Below, one piece after another: positions 26,801 to 40,811 of a DNA stretch of 64,000 nucleotides. This DNA comes from Vicugna vicugna (lineage: Eukaryota), in the NCBI GenBank assembly GCA_013265495.1, contig MU058290.1, positions 434,001-498,000 on the forward strand. Reading direction: 5' to 3'. Made by a program: the position numbers and the translations under genes. The notes beneath the pieces were generated by a model, which saw only the letters and a list, made by a program, of their open reading frames with translations, had not been told where the DNA came from and did no database searches. The first letter of the stretch is position 1; the number at the start of each line of letters is the position of its first letter.

Positions 26801-29800
26801 ATGTTAAAGTCTATATTTAGCAGAGCCTGGGGAATGGCATGTAGCTTGGGGAATATAGACTGCATTTTAATGGCCTCTCTTTAGTTTTTCTTTTCTTGTG
26901 CTATTAGACTATGTAGTTCTCTTCCTGGCAGTACTTTTTTTCGGAGTAGATGCTTATGTCAGAACTGTTTTGTTCTGAAGGGAGGGTATTCTGGAAATGA
27001 TAAAGAAAACTGTCTCCAAACTTGAAATAGGAGAACATTTTATTGCATGATGTAATTTATAGCCACCTTTGGAAATTCATTATTCATCTTACATGAGGTT
27101 TGAGTCTTACGATCAGTCTTACGATTTAAAGAAGACATGTCTTTACTGTACCTCCTACTTTTCTTATATGCCTCTCTCAAGGGAGAATTCTTTGAAGTGG
27201 CTCACGCAGGGAGCATCTTCCTGAGCAGCAAGTTTCCGCAGAATTTTGTCATCAGCTGGAAATCAGTTTCCCTGAGAAGTTACTTTATAAGAAGTGATTG
27301 GAATTCACATAGTGCTTTTGCACTTAGACAGCTTTAATAAATATTTATAAAATGAATGGATAAATGCCCCCTTTTAGGTCTTAGAATGAGATCACAAAAA
27401 CACAGCTCTTGTGGACAAAGCTGACTTACCTTGTCTGTCCATGGAACAGGGAACCTGTGGGACTATCAGAATCACTTTTTTCTTTTAAAGTACTTAACTA
27501 ACTCATTGATTCTATTTGGTAATTCAGTCTACTAATTTCAGAAGTTAAAACATTCAAATTAGGTGTAGGAAATAGCCTCAGCTCACTTCTAGTTAATACG
27601 GTTCCCAGCCAGCAGGTAAGAGATGCCGTAGCTAAGAGAGAGAATCAGTGATAATCTGGTCTTACTGAAACAGGTCTTTGATTATCTGGGTTAGGAATAT
27701 GATTATGCAGAATTCACTGATTCCTACTCTAGATATATAAACTATGGAACCTGATATTACTGATTTCATGTTAAGGTACATGTAGCAAGAAACTTGAAAA
27801 GATGAGAAAACTTAAAATTTTTTTGCTCCCTTTCCCAATCTTGGAGAATGGGAGTTTGGAAGCACCTGAAGACAGAATGACTTTGGATGGTTAGATATTT
27901 ACATAATGGCTTTGTGCTTTTCTGAGTTAAAAAAAAAAAACTTTGTTAAATAATCCTTTCTTGGTTATTATAGCCTAGGTAAATAAGACATTCATAAGGA
28001 ACACGAAACTTCTCTATTTTCTATTATCTGGAATATAGCATCTATCAGTCAATCAATCAATCAATCATAAATTATTTTTGAGAGTTGGCTAGTTATCCAA
28101 AGAAACTGATAATAGTCTACTTGAAATATTCAAAAACAGTTAGATCTCTCTGGATAAATAGCAGAAGGTATCAGGGGAGAGGTAGCTGATTATAGTGTAT
28201 TTCTGTTTAGTTTTTGAAGAGGAAGAAAATTTTTGACAGGAGATACTGATTAATATTTCAGAATTTATAAAATGTGTACAAAAGCTTCCATCTCTGAGCC
28301 AGATCTAGTTCTGGATTTTATATTATTTCCATGACATGGGGGACTCATGTGGCTGATAAAATTTCCCAAGATGGTATTTTATATCTTGTGTTACCTCAGG
28401 TTTTTAATGAGTCAGGCTGTGGAAGGAACAGGTTCTGTTCTTGTACCATGAAATTACCCTTTCTAAACAGTTTTCCTCTCTGATTTTAAGGACATGTGAC
28501 TAGGGAACTGAGAAATAAATTTCAGCTATCAAATATTCATCTCTTGAATATGAACTTAAACCAGACACAAAATATGTAACATATATTTGCATTGCTTTAC
28601 ACTATTCTCATTCAGGATGAAAATATTCAGAATGTGATATTTTCTGAAGCAGCCACTTTCCCAAATGCCCTGTTCTTTGAATGGGGCTATTAGTAAACGT
28701 TGGAGCCATGAGGATACATTCATCATTAATGAAAAGAAGTCACTTAGAAAACTGGCTATAAGATGTGAAGGTCACTTATAACCTTTAAATTCCATAAACT
28801 TTAAAAAAGGCCTTTTTAGATCTACAGATTTAATACCAACTCAGAGAAAAACCACTCAGTTTTCAATAGGTCAGAATAATTTGTTACTAATAGTGGTTGG
28901 GGCATTTTTAATCAAACTGTTTTGCAAGATGTTTCTAAAAGGTTTTTTTTGTTTTTTGTTTTTTTGGTGATAATCACTTTGTCCATCATCTCAAAATATT
29001 TTCAGCACTTTAAATGGCTTAGTTAATTTTCAAGAACTTACTTTTTCTGGTCTAATTATTTCAGCATTACATCTCTTCTTTTCATTTACCCCTCATATCC
29101 AATTCATCAGCAGGATGTTTGTGTTTCTAAAATATGACTCATATCATGCACTTTGCTGTCTTCACTGTTGTCTCTTAAATTCAAATTATCATCTTTCCTT
29201 CCTCAGACTTCTGTAGCAGTATTCTAACTGAGCTCCTTGCTTCTATTTTTGCCCTTCTATTCTGTCTACATTTTCCAGGCAACATCAGAGTACTCCTTAA
29301 AAATAGAAAAACTGATTATGTTACACTTTTAAGTGGAACTTTTCCCTCGGAGCAATTCTGTGCTAGGAAGTCTTATAAAATTGTTGTAGAAAACAGGAAT
29401 GTCCATCACCATTTTACGCTCAATCTAATATATTTAACCAGATTGCATTGTTACTCACCTTTTATTACTGAGCTCCTCTGTAGCGAAGAAACTGTGATGT
29501 TTACTTGCCTCAAGTGTGAGCTGAAGCTGTCAAAGAAAAAAAAAGAAGGCTGTAAATTCACCCTGTATCGACTGCAGAGGGCTCTATGAACATGGGTTCA
29601 ACCAATATCTGTGTTCACTTGGACTGAATTAATTAACAACAGTCACCTTGTTTTGTTGCTTTACTTATTAAATTAGTCAACCCTGGGAAAGTTGAGCTAG
29701 ACTATGTCTGAGCCAGACCAGGTCACACACAGTGCGAGGAAGACATTCCCCTCGCATCCCAGTACGGTGGACGTCTCGGTACCCATTTGTTGGCCTTCTC

Positions 29801-30619
29801 TCTACAGCACATCCAGAGATGTCTCATGAAGATTCAGTTTCCTCCTTCAGCTAGTTCGTACGGTTTCAGTGAGGGGGCTGCCACATCTGTAACACTGATA
29901 ATCTGTTACTGGAAAATACTTAAAAGTAAGGATGATTTTCTAGACTGGGATGAGTGGCAGTTGTGTGTGATGGAAAAAGTGCTGGATTTAGAATTAACAG
30001 CTTTTTTCACTCATCATAGGAAATTAATACTCAGTTTCCTTAGCTATGTAATGGGCATAATTATGCCTTCTTTAAAGGGCCATTATAAAGTTCACTGAAT
30101 GAGACAAACTCCTGTGGAAGCACCTTTACCATTTCCTCACCAGTAAGGGTTTAAGAAATATTGGTTGTATGTGTATGGCCATAGCAAATTTGAAGAGAGC
30201 TGTGGGTAAAAGCCAGGAGATTATGATTTTTTATTCTTCTAATTATTACCTAGATCAGGAAAGGGAATTCTAAACTGAAGCTTCTCAAAAGTGTCTTTTT
30301 TATTTTCTTAGAAGAGATAGTCTTCTTGGCAATAACCAGAGAGGAGAAAAGAGGTAGAAATGACTGTGATAAGGATCCTTGAATGTGTCTGATGAAGGAT
30401 GGTGGGGTTATAAAGTAGAGCCTGCCAGGAAGTAATCCCTGTTTTTCCTGATCCTTGAGGACCCATTTACTGCTTCTAAAAGGAAAAGAGTGTCAAGAGA
30501 TATCTCTGTGCTTGTTATTCACTTACCGTGGGGGTCTGCCTTAATTTCTGGGTTTTTTTTTTCTATGCAAGTTGAAATAGTACCTTTTCTTTGCTTTAAA
30601 CCTCTCACAGATAGAATGA

Positions 30620-31272
30620 AATATTAACAGATCAACTGATTATTTTAAAATTAATCAACCAATAAATCTAACTCCCCTAAGTGTGCTTACTAAGTGGCCA
30701 ATGAAGACTCTTACAAACCTGAAGGGGATAAAAGCAGTCCCAGATGTCCATAACTGATCTGACATTCACAACTAGACCTTAAAGTTACTACAAGCTGATA
30801 TGACACTCTCATCTAGGTCATACTATTCTGTTATTGGACATAAACATGAGACAAAACAAACCTTTGTAATTTTGTCTAAGCATAGAAAAATACAAGGTCA
30901 CTGTGCCAGCCATACAATACCAATATCCTCCTCTTGGCAAAAAATGAGTGTCTGCTACTTCAAAAAAGAGCCAGTTACAGCTTTATTCTCCTTTTCTGCC
31001 CTCTCTGTGGATAAAATTCATTGAGAAACCTAGTCATAGAATTGTCCTTGCTTTGACAACGTTCAATCTGGAGCAAATCACTGCTTCCTTTGACCCTCCC
31101 CCAAGTCAATCAACCAAAGCATCAATCCTATAATAGGTTATTTTTAACAGTGTTTTACTGAAGCAGCCCACGGTTCTTCCTTAGAATATGTTATCCTTTG
31201 CTATAATGAGTAATAAACCCAAATTGTTCATCTACAGGTAGCCCTGTGATCTTTGGCCAAAGGGCATTGACA
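30620..31272 (+). mobile_element. ERV LTR (MER21/MER34-like) inserted in the upstream block of the OR11G pseudogene
   Basis: AATAAA at ~31213 and the end ctttggccaaagggcattgaca. Upstream-block homology resumes after it. Confidence 0.55.
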
Positions 31273-33201
31273 AACTTGGCTCGTAAATTGGCTGTGAAGC
31301 AGGAAGTTTTTTTCATGATACCTCACATAAGCATCTCTTAGAAGACAGCCACACCTAGGGACACTGTCCGGGCCCAAGGATGTTCTTGGCTTAGGTCACT
31401 CAGAGCAGGGCCATTCTGAAGCTGCTCTCTGACCAGCTGCAACTGGTGGTGGACTCCAAGGTTTACTATTCTCGACAGAGGGGCAGATCTTCTAACACAA
31501 CCAATCTATCCATCCTCTCTTCTGTGGCAGAAGTTTTTATCTGAAACGCTGGTAAGTTTGGTTACCATTTATAGTTCAAAATATTTCCAAGTCCTCATCC
31601 TGGCAATCTGGGACTCTGTAGTGCAGCCTCATTCACTTTTCTATCTTACTTCCCAGAGTTTCTTGCAGATGTCTCTATGTCTTGGTAAAACAAAATCATA
31701 TAGACACACAATGGGAGCTCAAAAAATGTGTGTTGAAATAGTTTTACCCTCTGGAAAAACATCCCATGTGAATGACTTGCAGTGGAAGAGTCATGCCCAA
31801 TGGAGAAAGTGACCTGGAAAAGCAAATGTGGTGGGTTGATCAGTTAATAGTGTTCGGGAATAACTGTACTGCTCTTCATCTCTTTTCTGTCCTTTTTAAT
31901 ATCCCGTCCCCATTTCTGGTATTGATCTGAGAATAGCTTTTTAAATTTTTAAACTGTTTTTCGGTAGTATAACTGACAATATATTGTATACAGTCAAAGT
32001 GTGTAATTTGATAGTTTTCACACACACAAACACATACCCACCTGTGAAACCATCTCCATAATCAAGATAGTAAAAATAATAATCATCTTTAATCATCATG
32101 TCCCTTTGCAGTCTTCCCTCCAACCGCCCCCAACCTCACTCCCTAGGTAACCACTGATCTTTCTCTCACGGCAGAAGAGTACAGCTTTATATAAATGGAA
32201 TCCAGTCATATATATTCTTTTTTGGTGGAGTCTAGTTTCTTTCACTCAGCATGATTATTTTGAGATTCATCCATGTCACTGCATATATCTATGTACCATT
32301 TCTTTATTTCTGAGTAATATTTTATTGTGTAGATATACCAAAACTTGTTTTTCTGTTCACCTGTTGATGGACGTTTTGAGTTGTTTCCAGTTCTGTGTTG
32401 TTATAAATAAATCTGCCAGAAACATTTGTGTATAGGACTTTGTATGGCATATGTTTCCCTCTCAGGTAAATAGCTAGGGATGAAATGGCTTTATCAAGTG
32501 GTAGGTATATGTTTCGCTTTTTAAGAAACTGCCAAACTGTTTTTCCAAAGTACTTGTACCATTTTATATTCACACTAGCAGTGTATGAGAGCTCCAGTTC
32601 CTTTAGATCATCACCAATATTTGTATGGTCAGTCTTTTAAATTTTAGTCATTCAGGTATGTATATAGTAATATTCTCATCACGGTTTTAATTTGTATTTC
32701 CCTAGTGACTAATGATGTTGAAAATATTTTCATTTGCTTATTTGCCACCTATAGATCTTGTGTTCAATATCTGTTCAAATATTTTTCCATTTTTTTTATT
32801 GGGTTATTTGATTTTTGAATGTTCTTTAAACATTCTGGATCCAAGTCCTTCAACAAATGTGTGCTTTGCCAATATTTTCTCCCAGTCTGTGGCTTGTGGT
32901 TTCATTCTCTTAATAGTGCCTTTAAAAGAGCAGATATTTTTAAATTTTGGAGGAGTCCAGTTTATCAATTTGTTCTTTTATGAATCATGCTTTTGGTGTT
33001 ATATTTAAGAGAGCTTTGCTTCAGTGAGAGTCACAAGGATTCCTCCCTACCCTCTTTTTAAGATATTTTATAGTTTTCGGTTTTATAACCTATGACCTAT
33101 TTTGAGTTAATTTTTGTGTATTTTGTAAGGTGTTGAAAAATTGAAACTTACTTATTTCTGATATAAATATCCAACTAATTCAGTACCATTTATTAAAAAC
33201 A

Positions 33202-33680
33202 CAGATTTTTCCTTGACTTATGATGAGGTTATATCCCAATAAACCCATCATAAGTTTAAAGTATCATAAACCAAAAATGCATTTAATACACCTAACCTAC
33301 CAAACATTATAGCATATCCTAGCTTACCTTAAACAAGCTAAGAACACTTACATTAGCCTATAGTTGGGCAAAATCATATAACACAAAGACTATTTTATAA
33401 TAAAATGTTGAATATTTCATGCTATTTATTGAATAATGTGCTGGAAGTGAAAAACAGAATGGCGGTATGGATACAAGATGGTTGTATCAGTTGATTACTT
33501 TCATGATGGGGCGGCTGACTGGGAGGTGTGGCTTGCTACGATGCTCAGCATCATGAGAGAATATCATATGGCATATAACTATCCTAGGAAAAGGTCAAAA
33601 TTTGAAGTAGTTTCTACTGAATGCATATATCTTTCACATCATCGTAAAATCAAAAAAATTGTGAGTTAAGCCATTAAGTA
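33202..33680 (+). mobile_element. Tigger-family (MER47/Tigger5-like) element nested in L1
   Basis: cagatttttccttgacttatgatgaggttatatcccaataaacccatc...; colinear with 22110-22619. Confidence 0.8.
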
Positions 33681-34189
33681 AAGACTCTTCTTTCTCTACT
33701 AAATTACTTTTGCACCTTTGTTGAAAATCAGTTTTCCACATATGTAAGACTATTGGTGGACTCTATATTTTATTGCATGGATCTGTTTGTTTAACTTAAT
33801 GTCAGTGCCACATTGTTTTGATCACTGTAGCTTTATAATATGTCTTAAAATCAGATAGTGTTACTCCAACTTTGTTTTGTCTAGTCTAAGTCCTTTGCAT
33901 TTCTACATGAATTTGGAAATTAGTTTGCTGATTTCTGCCCAAAAAAAGCCTGCTGAATGATTGGAATTCTATGGAAACCATAGATCATTTTGGGAAAAAT
34001 GGATATCTTAACAATACTGAGTTTTCTAACCCATGAACAAGTTACATATTTACATTTATTTACATATTTAATTTCTTTCAGCTCTGTTTTATACTTTACA
34101 TTGTACGGTTTTCACTGTATAGAGATCTTTGACATCTTTTATATTATCTCTGTTCAACACTTTTTGATGCTACTGTAGATACATTCTTT

Positions 34190-35195
34190 TCTTTTTTTAA
34201 TAGAAGTATAGTCAGTACAGTGTTGTGTCAATCTCTGTTGTACAGCATAAAGTTTCAGTCATACATATGCATTCATATATTCCTTTTTGTACTCTCTTTT
34301 CATTATAAGTTACTACAAGGTTTTGAATATAGTTCTCTGTGATATACAGTAGAAGCCTGTTGTTTATCTATTTTGTATATAGTAGTTAGTATCTCAAATC
34401 TTGAACTCCCAATTTATCCCTTCCCACCCCCTTTCCCTCCTAGTAACATATGTTTGTTTTCTATGTCTATGAGTCTTTTGTAAATAAGTTCATTTGTGTC
34501 CTTTTTTTTTAGATTCCACATATAAGTGATATCATATGGTATTTTTCTTTCTGTTTCTAGCTTACTTCCCTTAGAATGATGATCTCCAGGTCCATCCATG
34601 TTGTAGCAAATGCTGTTATTTTACTCATTTTTATGGCCATTGTGTATATAGCTTCTTTATCCAATCATCTGTTGATGGATATTTAGATTGATTCCATTTC
34701 TTGGCCACTGTAAATAGTGTTGCTGTGAACATCGGGGTGCATGTATCTTTTTGAATTACGAATTCCCTCTGGATACATGCCCAGGCGTGGGATTGCTGGA
34801 TCATATGTTAAGTCTGTTGTTAGTTTTTAAAGGAATCTCCATACTGTTTTCCATAATGGCTGTACCAAACTACATCTCCATTGACAGTGTAGGAAGGTTC
34901 CCCTTTCTCCACATCTTCTTCAGTATTTATTGTTTGTGGACTTTTTAATGATGTTCATCCTGACAGGTGTGAGGTGATACTTCATTGTAGTTTTGATTTA
35001 CATTTGTCTGATAATTAGCGATATTGAGCATTTTTTCATGTGCCTATTGGCCATTTGTATGTCTTCATTGGAGAACTGCTTTTTAAGGTCTTTTGCTCAT
35101 TGTTGGATTGGGGTTTTTTGTTGTTGTTGTTGTTATTAAGTTGTGTGAGTTATTTGTATATTTTGGAAATTAAGCCCTTGTCAGTCACATAATTT
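34190..35195 (-). mobile_element. Younger lineage-specific L1 3' fragment nested in the old L1
   Basis: Shares ttagattccacatataagtgatatcatatggtattttt with the copy at 19020, and a near-identical string occurs at 4585. Confidence 0.85.
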
Positions 35196-35822
35196 GTAAA
35201 TGACATTATTTTTAAATGTAAATTTCTGATTGTTGCTAGTATCTTCTTATAGAAATACAAGATATTTTTTGATATTTTTTGGTTCTTGTGTCTTGAAATC
35301 TTACAATACTTATTAATTCTAGTAGTCTTTTTTTTTTGTAATTTCACCGAATTTTCTGGATAGAGGATCATTTCATATCTGAAAAAGACAGTCTTCTTTC
35401 TTTCAATTGGAATGCCATTTAATTCTTTTCTTTGCCTGGTTGTTCTAACACTTCTAGTACACTGTTGAATAGAAGTGGTGAGAGCAGACATTCTTGCCTT
35501 TTTTCTGAGTTTAGGGGGAAAGCATTCATTAAGTATAATGTTAGCTATTGGTTTTTGAAAATACTCTTTACAGATCAGAGGAGTTTCTGTCTTTTCCAAG
35601 TTTGCTAAGAACTTTGATCAGGAATGGAAGTTGGTTATAATATGGTTTAACATATGCAGGTACATAGTGTATTACTTAGATATTTACTGGCCAACTTGGG
35701 CATTCAACTACAAATTCTAACTTGGTTTAAATGGAAAAGCTAATGTCAAATTTCAAACAACCCAGTTCTGAGAAAAGTTTTGCCCTTAATTTGCGTTGCA
35801 GTTGTTAGTTGCGAGTCCTGTA

Positions 35823-35978
35823 GAGTCGGTCCTCCCTATCTGCAGTTCTTCATCTGTACAAATGTAGAGTCCACTGTGCTACCTAACACATTTTATATAA
35901 GGGACTTGAGCATCCTCAGACCTTGGTATCTGCAGGGGTCCTGGGACCAATCTTCCCACATACACCGAGGGATTACTG
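35823..35978. mobile_element. Short MER2/Tigger-like DNA element
   Basis: TA-flanked imperfect terminal inverted repeats (gagtcggtcctc / gagggattactg); internal ttttatataagggacttgagcatcc. Confidence 0.65.
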
Positions 35979-38900
35979 TATTGTTTTATTTTTAAGGAAG
36001 TATCACAGAAACATAAGCAATAACTAAGCCCTAAGAAGGGCCTGATGAAAGAAAAACTCCACATCTCTGCTCACTACCCTATTAAGTTTAAGTTATAGAA
36101 ATAAAGTTCTGTCTCCCCTCACTTCATCTAGCACAACATTGTATACATTTAAGAGGAAAATTCTAAGGGAAAAAAGAACAACACAAAAGAAAAGAGCATT
36201 TCTTCAGAATACAACTTTCTTATGCTAAGATAATTAAAATATCACTCTGAAGATTTGTTTGAATATTATAATTTACTGGCTTCATGTACCACTCCCCATG
36301 TACCCTTCCTCCTATTTCAGTCATGTCGGGAATAACTATTCCCAAAACTTCCCATTTCTTTTTCATTTCTAGGTCACCCTTTTCTTCAAACCCCTACTTT
36401 TCTTTGCAGGGCAGGCATGGTAGCCCTGAAAAGGTAAATTTCTTCTGGTAGTGAAAGAATCAAATAAACTTCATAAGAAAAATGTTGTGGTATCAATAGT
36501 TCCTTCCATTCTAGTGAGTCCTACAAAATCAACTTCTACACGATAGAAGGGAAATTTGGTATCCAGATTTAAGGGGCTATTACTCTTTGACGCGGTGAAC
36601 ATGCAATTAGCTGTAAATTTTATTCTTATGATATTTTGGGTCAGAATTTTGGATTAAGGCAGATCATCAGAAAGCTGATATTTGGGAGTTCATAACACAT
36701 TTAGAGACTTGACTTAATGGCAGCATAATATATTATAATCCACAAATCATGATTCTTTCTTTTAACATTCATATTTCTCTTGTTTTTTCTTTTAGTGCAT
36801 TTTAATACACCAGATCCTTAATGGAAGCGGGTGGAAAATAAAGGCACATATAAATAAACATGTAAATAAGTAAATAGTTCAAAGTTAAGTGGAACTTATG
36901 AAAGTATAGAATTTATTAAGGTGCAATTTCTTTATTAACCCTTCGTCTTAGGTATATAGTGTTGAAAAGGATTCCCCAGGAGTTCACATAAAACACGTTT
37001 TATTGTGGCCTAGAAGGTTCTAGATGTTCTGAGCATGCCTACCTCTCCAGCCTCATATACCATTTTCCTTCTGGATAGCAAATCAACCTTTTCTTATTCT
37101 TTGAAAACTCCAAGTTTTACCTGTACATACATGAGACTTGATTCCCCTAGATCTTTGTGTGGTGTGTTCTTTTATTTTCCATCCCCAGGCCTGGGGGTAG
37201 AGGGGTACCCTGTCTCATAAGACACATGACACCCTTAGGCGTGGTGTTTGATTGATTGATTGATTGATTGATTGACAACTCAGGTTCCCTGTGCTCTGGT
37301 TGATTGACGGCTCAGGTTCTTTGTGTTCTGGGTTGTTCTTTTCCCCTTCCTCTCTCCCTGTCTAGTGCTCACTTCTATCTAAACTACCTAACATTCCCCC
37401 CTCTAGTCATAGGACCCCAAATCTTTGGGACATAGAGGACGATGACTACTCTAGCTACTTCCTGCTGATCTGGGGCAACGATGGAGCTCTTTGGGGTCCC
37501 AGACTAGCTGGATGTCACTTGGCAGGTGGTGAGCAAAGGGTCAGTGTCTGTCAAGGGGCTGTATAAAAGCTGTCTTGGCTGATTGGTTGATTACCTTGTT
37601 GTATGGCCATTTGAAGTTTATCTCTAGACGACAAGAAACACTTTTCATAAGAAGGTTGAAAAGATAGAGGTCAAATATATAGAGCTAATCCTAGCCAAAG
37701 GATGAAAGGGGCAAACAAGGGTCTTTAAAAAAATTGATTTCTGTGCTTTCTGTTGGTTTATGTTTTAGAAAGCAGATGTTGGAGTGTTAGTCCACTGAAC
37801 TAAAGGAGGAGTCAAAAGAGGGACCCTAATGTTGGAGACGTTTTAAATTAGTATTAAAACAGTTTGGTGAGGGCCCTAAAAGAGAATAGATGAGAGCCAG
37901 TAGACATTTAAGAAAGAGGTTTATCTAACAGGGACCCATACACCCCTAGGGCAGTGGAAGAGTCTCACCAGAGTGTTGCTTGGAAAGCAGTTGCAGATCG
38001 CTAAGAGGTTCACAAGAATATGTGGCCCCCATCAGTGAACCAGATCTCAGGGTTTTCCAGGAGTTGGTTGGTGAGATCTGTTCTAGCTCCTGGAGAAATG
38101 GATAGGGTCTCATGACATAGGTGAAAGGGAAGAGACTCACGTGGTGGTGGTAATAGTGTAGCAGGCTTGAGTGTCCCACAAACTGAGACAGTGACATCTG
38201 GGTTTTCCAGTAAGAATGCCTGATATTTAAGAAGCCGAGCATCTGAGAGCCAGAAGTGTCCCTTGCCTTTTAAAAGGTCAGAAACTTGATGGTTAGCTTA
38301 TGCTTGTATAAGGGCCTCCAGAGTTACCTCAAAAGCTTCCTCCAGGGGAGTGGAGAGGGTTCCCTACACTCTTAGGCAGGAAGGCCAGCCTCGAGCAGTG
38401 GGATCTAGCAGGTTGGAGAGGTATCCCATAGGCTGTTGGGGAGGACCCAGCAGTTGGGTGAAACTAGGAGAAACTTGCCTTCCTATGCCTTTGAGATACA
38501 AATATTCTACCTTGTCTTCTCAGGGAACTCTGATCTCACCATCTTTTTAAAATGCAGATTTCAAAAACAAGGGGGGCAGTGATAAATAATTTGGAACTTA
38601 ATTTGTGAAAGACAAGTAAAAATTTTATCTCTTTTTCATAAATATTAGTAAAAAGGCGTAGCCATCTAGATGGGCAACATTGATTTGTTCTATCTGCCAA
38701 AAACCCCAGTTTAAATCCAACCTCTTTTGGAGCCAGTGGGTTTTGCTTTGTTATATTTGATTCATGACTGAAATTTTAAAATGAAAACTATAAAGTGTCT
38801 GATTTGTATGTCACAGATGTATGGTATTGGCACAATTAAATGGTAAAAGCTCTCTTTAATTGGCTGAAAGGAAATTAAAGTACTTATATAAGTACTCAAA

Positions 38901-39450
38901 CACAGAGAAAACTGGCCAAAGTAAATCTCAGGTTCACGTTATCTAAAAAGGATTCAGTGCTGGTATTGGTATTGAAGCTAGCTTAAGTGAGTTGGTTTAA
39001 TTAATATAAACATGTCTTTAGAGACATCAGTGTTAAGTATAATACTTCTGTTGTGCCTGGGCTTACTAGAGGGCAAGCAAAACTTTATTATGTCTGTTAC
39101 AAATTTGACAACTAAAAAAGTAACTCAGTGTCAAAAAACTTTTAAAAAGTAAGCAAAATAGGAGATTTGGAGTAAATTCTATAGGAGCTTTCTTTTGAAA
39201 GTATCTACCTAAAATTGTCTCTCCAAATTTTGGTACTTAAAACTTAGAGCTAAATTAAAAAGTTCACTGACTATCTGTCATTTATAAAATATTAAAACAT
39301 TAATTGCTGGGCAGATCTAAGTTTATCTACCTTTGCCTTAGGGAAAAAAAAAAAACTAAAACATAAGTTTCTAGTCAGAAATGGTGGTATGACAACCAAT
39401 TCACAGTTGCTTGCTTCTAGGTTTTTAAGTTCCAAATTATTTATTCCCCC

Positions 39451-39925
39451 TGTGAACGAAAAATACTGCAAACCGTATCAGTAAACAAAGAATGCTGAAG
39501 CCATCAAGTCATCAACCGCTGCCTCCACCCCCCAGTGAAGACCAGCCTGCAGCCCAGCCTCTGCAGCCGCTCACAATGGTGCACCCTGAGGGGACTCAGA
39601 ATAAGAAAGGACAGGATACCTGCCCTTGATAGCTAGGAGCTTGTCAAAGGAATGAATTCAATGAGCCCAAATGTTTTCTTCCTCCCATACACAGAAAAGT
39701 GCTAAATTCTTTAACTTGAGATGTCTGGTTTTCTTTAGGTAACAAGTAATCTTTTATTGTTCCAACTACCTGATATTTTGTTTTAAAGCTCCTATGTATC
39801 CTAGCCCCTCCCCTACCTCTCCAGAGCAATTACTCAGAGCGATCTGAGAGGCTGTCATCCCGGCTCCTCCCGCCAAATAAAACATAACTCTCAATTTTTA
39901 GGCTGCACATTTATTTCCATCGACA
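39451..39925 (+). mobile_element. Solo ERV1-type LTR nested in the ERV
   Basis: TG...CA termini (tgtgaacgaa...tcgaca) and AATAAA at ~39876. It interrupts an inverted-repeat arm. No clean TSD. Confidence 0.75.
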
Positions 39926-40811
39926 CACTTTTTTTTTTTAAGATTTGCATTTTAAAAAGATGGTGAGATCAGAGTTCCCTGAGAACACAGGGTAGAATAT
40001 TTGTATTTCAAAGGCATAGGAAGGCAAGTTTCTCCTAGAAAGACTTTGTCTTTTTAAGGCCAGAAAAATAGTCTTTTTTAAAAAATTACTTGTCTCTTAA
40101 GATACATAGGGGAGGTTTTGGGAGTGGTAGAATTGATGGGTTTTGTATCATTTTTAGAGCCACACCTCTGGTCCTGTAAAGACCAGATTTGTAAAACAAA
40201 GACAGTTTTGTTTTTTCTCATTTAGCTTAGGGGAGAGTCTTCCAAAAAATTTTTATTAGGCTCCGAATATCAGCTATGGTCAGTTTAGTCCAACTGTTTT
40301 CGAACACTTTTGAGGAGCCTTCCTGGGTTTGAAAAGTTTTTAAATTAAGGCTCTTGGTTTGGCCTCTGATCAGAAGAGGTTTGCCTTTAGCCTCACGTGG
40401 TCCTATTTCTAATGATAACCTGACAGTAGTAGCTCTGTCAGGGACCTCAGTTTCCCAGACAGCAGGGTTTCCTTGAGAATCAATATGGTGTGGAAGGGAG
40501 ACCTTTTTGGCTTGGGACTGAGGCAGACTCCCAAAGCCAAGAGTAGACATTTTGGGGGGTGCATGTCTTTCATGTAAGGGTCTTCAAATTGGATTACTTC
40601 TTGGGATTTACGGAGCAAGTAGGTCCCTTCCCAATGAGGGGATGGGGCACTCAGCCACCAACAAAAACTCCTGTGTAAAAGTGAATTTTTAGTAAGCACC
40701 TTGTTTGGGGCCTTCTATTGATCCCTGTTATTACACAGGATTGGGAGGACAAGGGTCCAAGGAAATCAGTCGGCACAGAGTAGGTGGCTCGCTTAGCTAA
40801 TAAGAAGACAA

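Larger units (their letters stand above)
31940..35630 (-). mobile_element. Old LINE-1 (3' end plus ORF2 part) interrupted by a Tigger and a younger L1
   Basis: L1 3' UTR and ORF2 remnants (GKTVWQFLKK; KPIANIILNE...EMILYPEN). Confidence 0.8.

Noticed and set aside
29490..29530. tgtgatg...ctga as a C/D-box snoRNA
   Set aside because: The C box is imperfect, the spacing is too short and there is no terminal stem.
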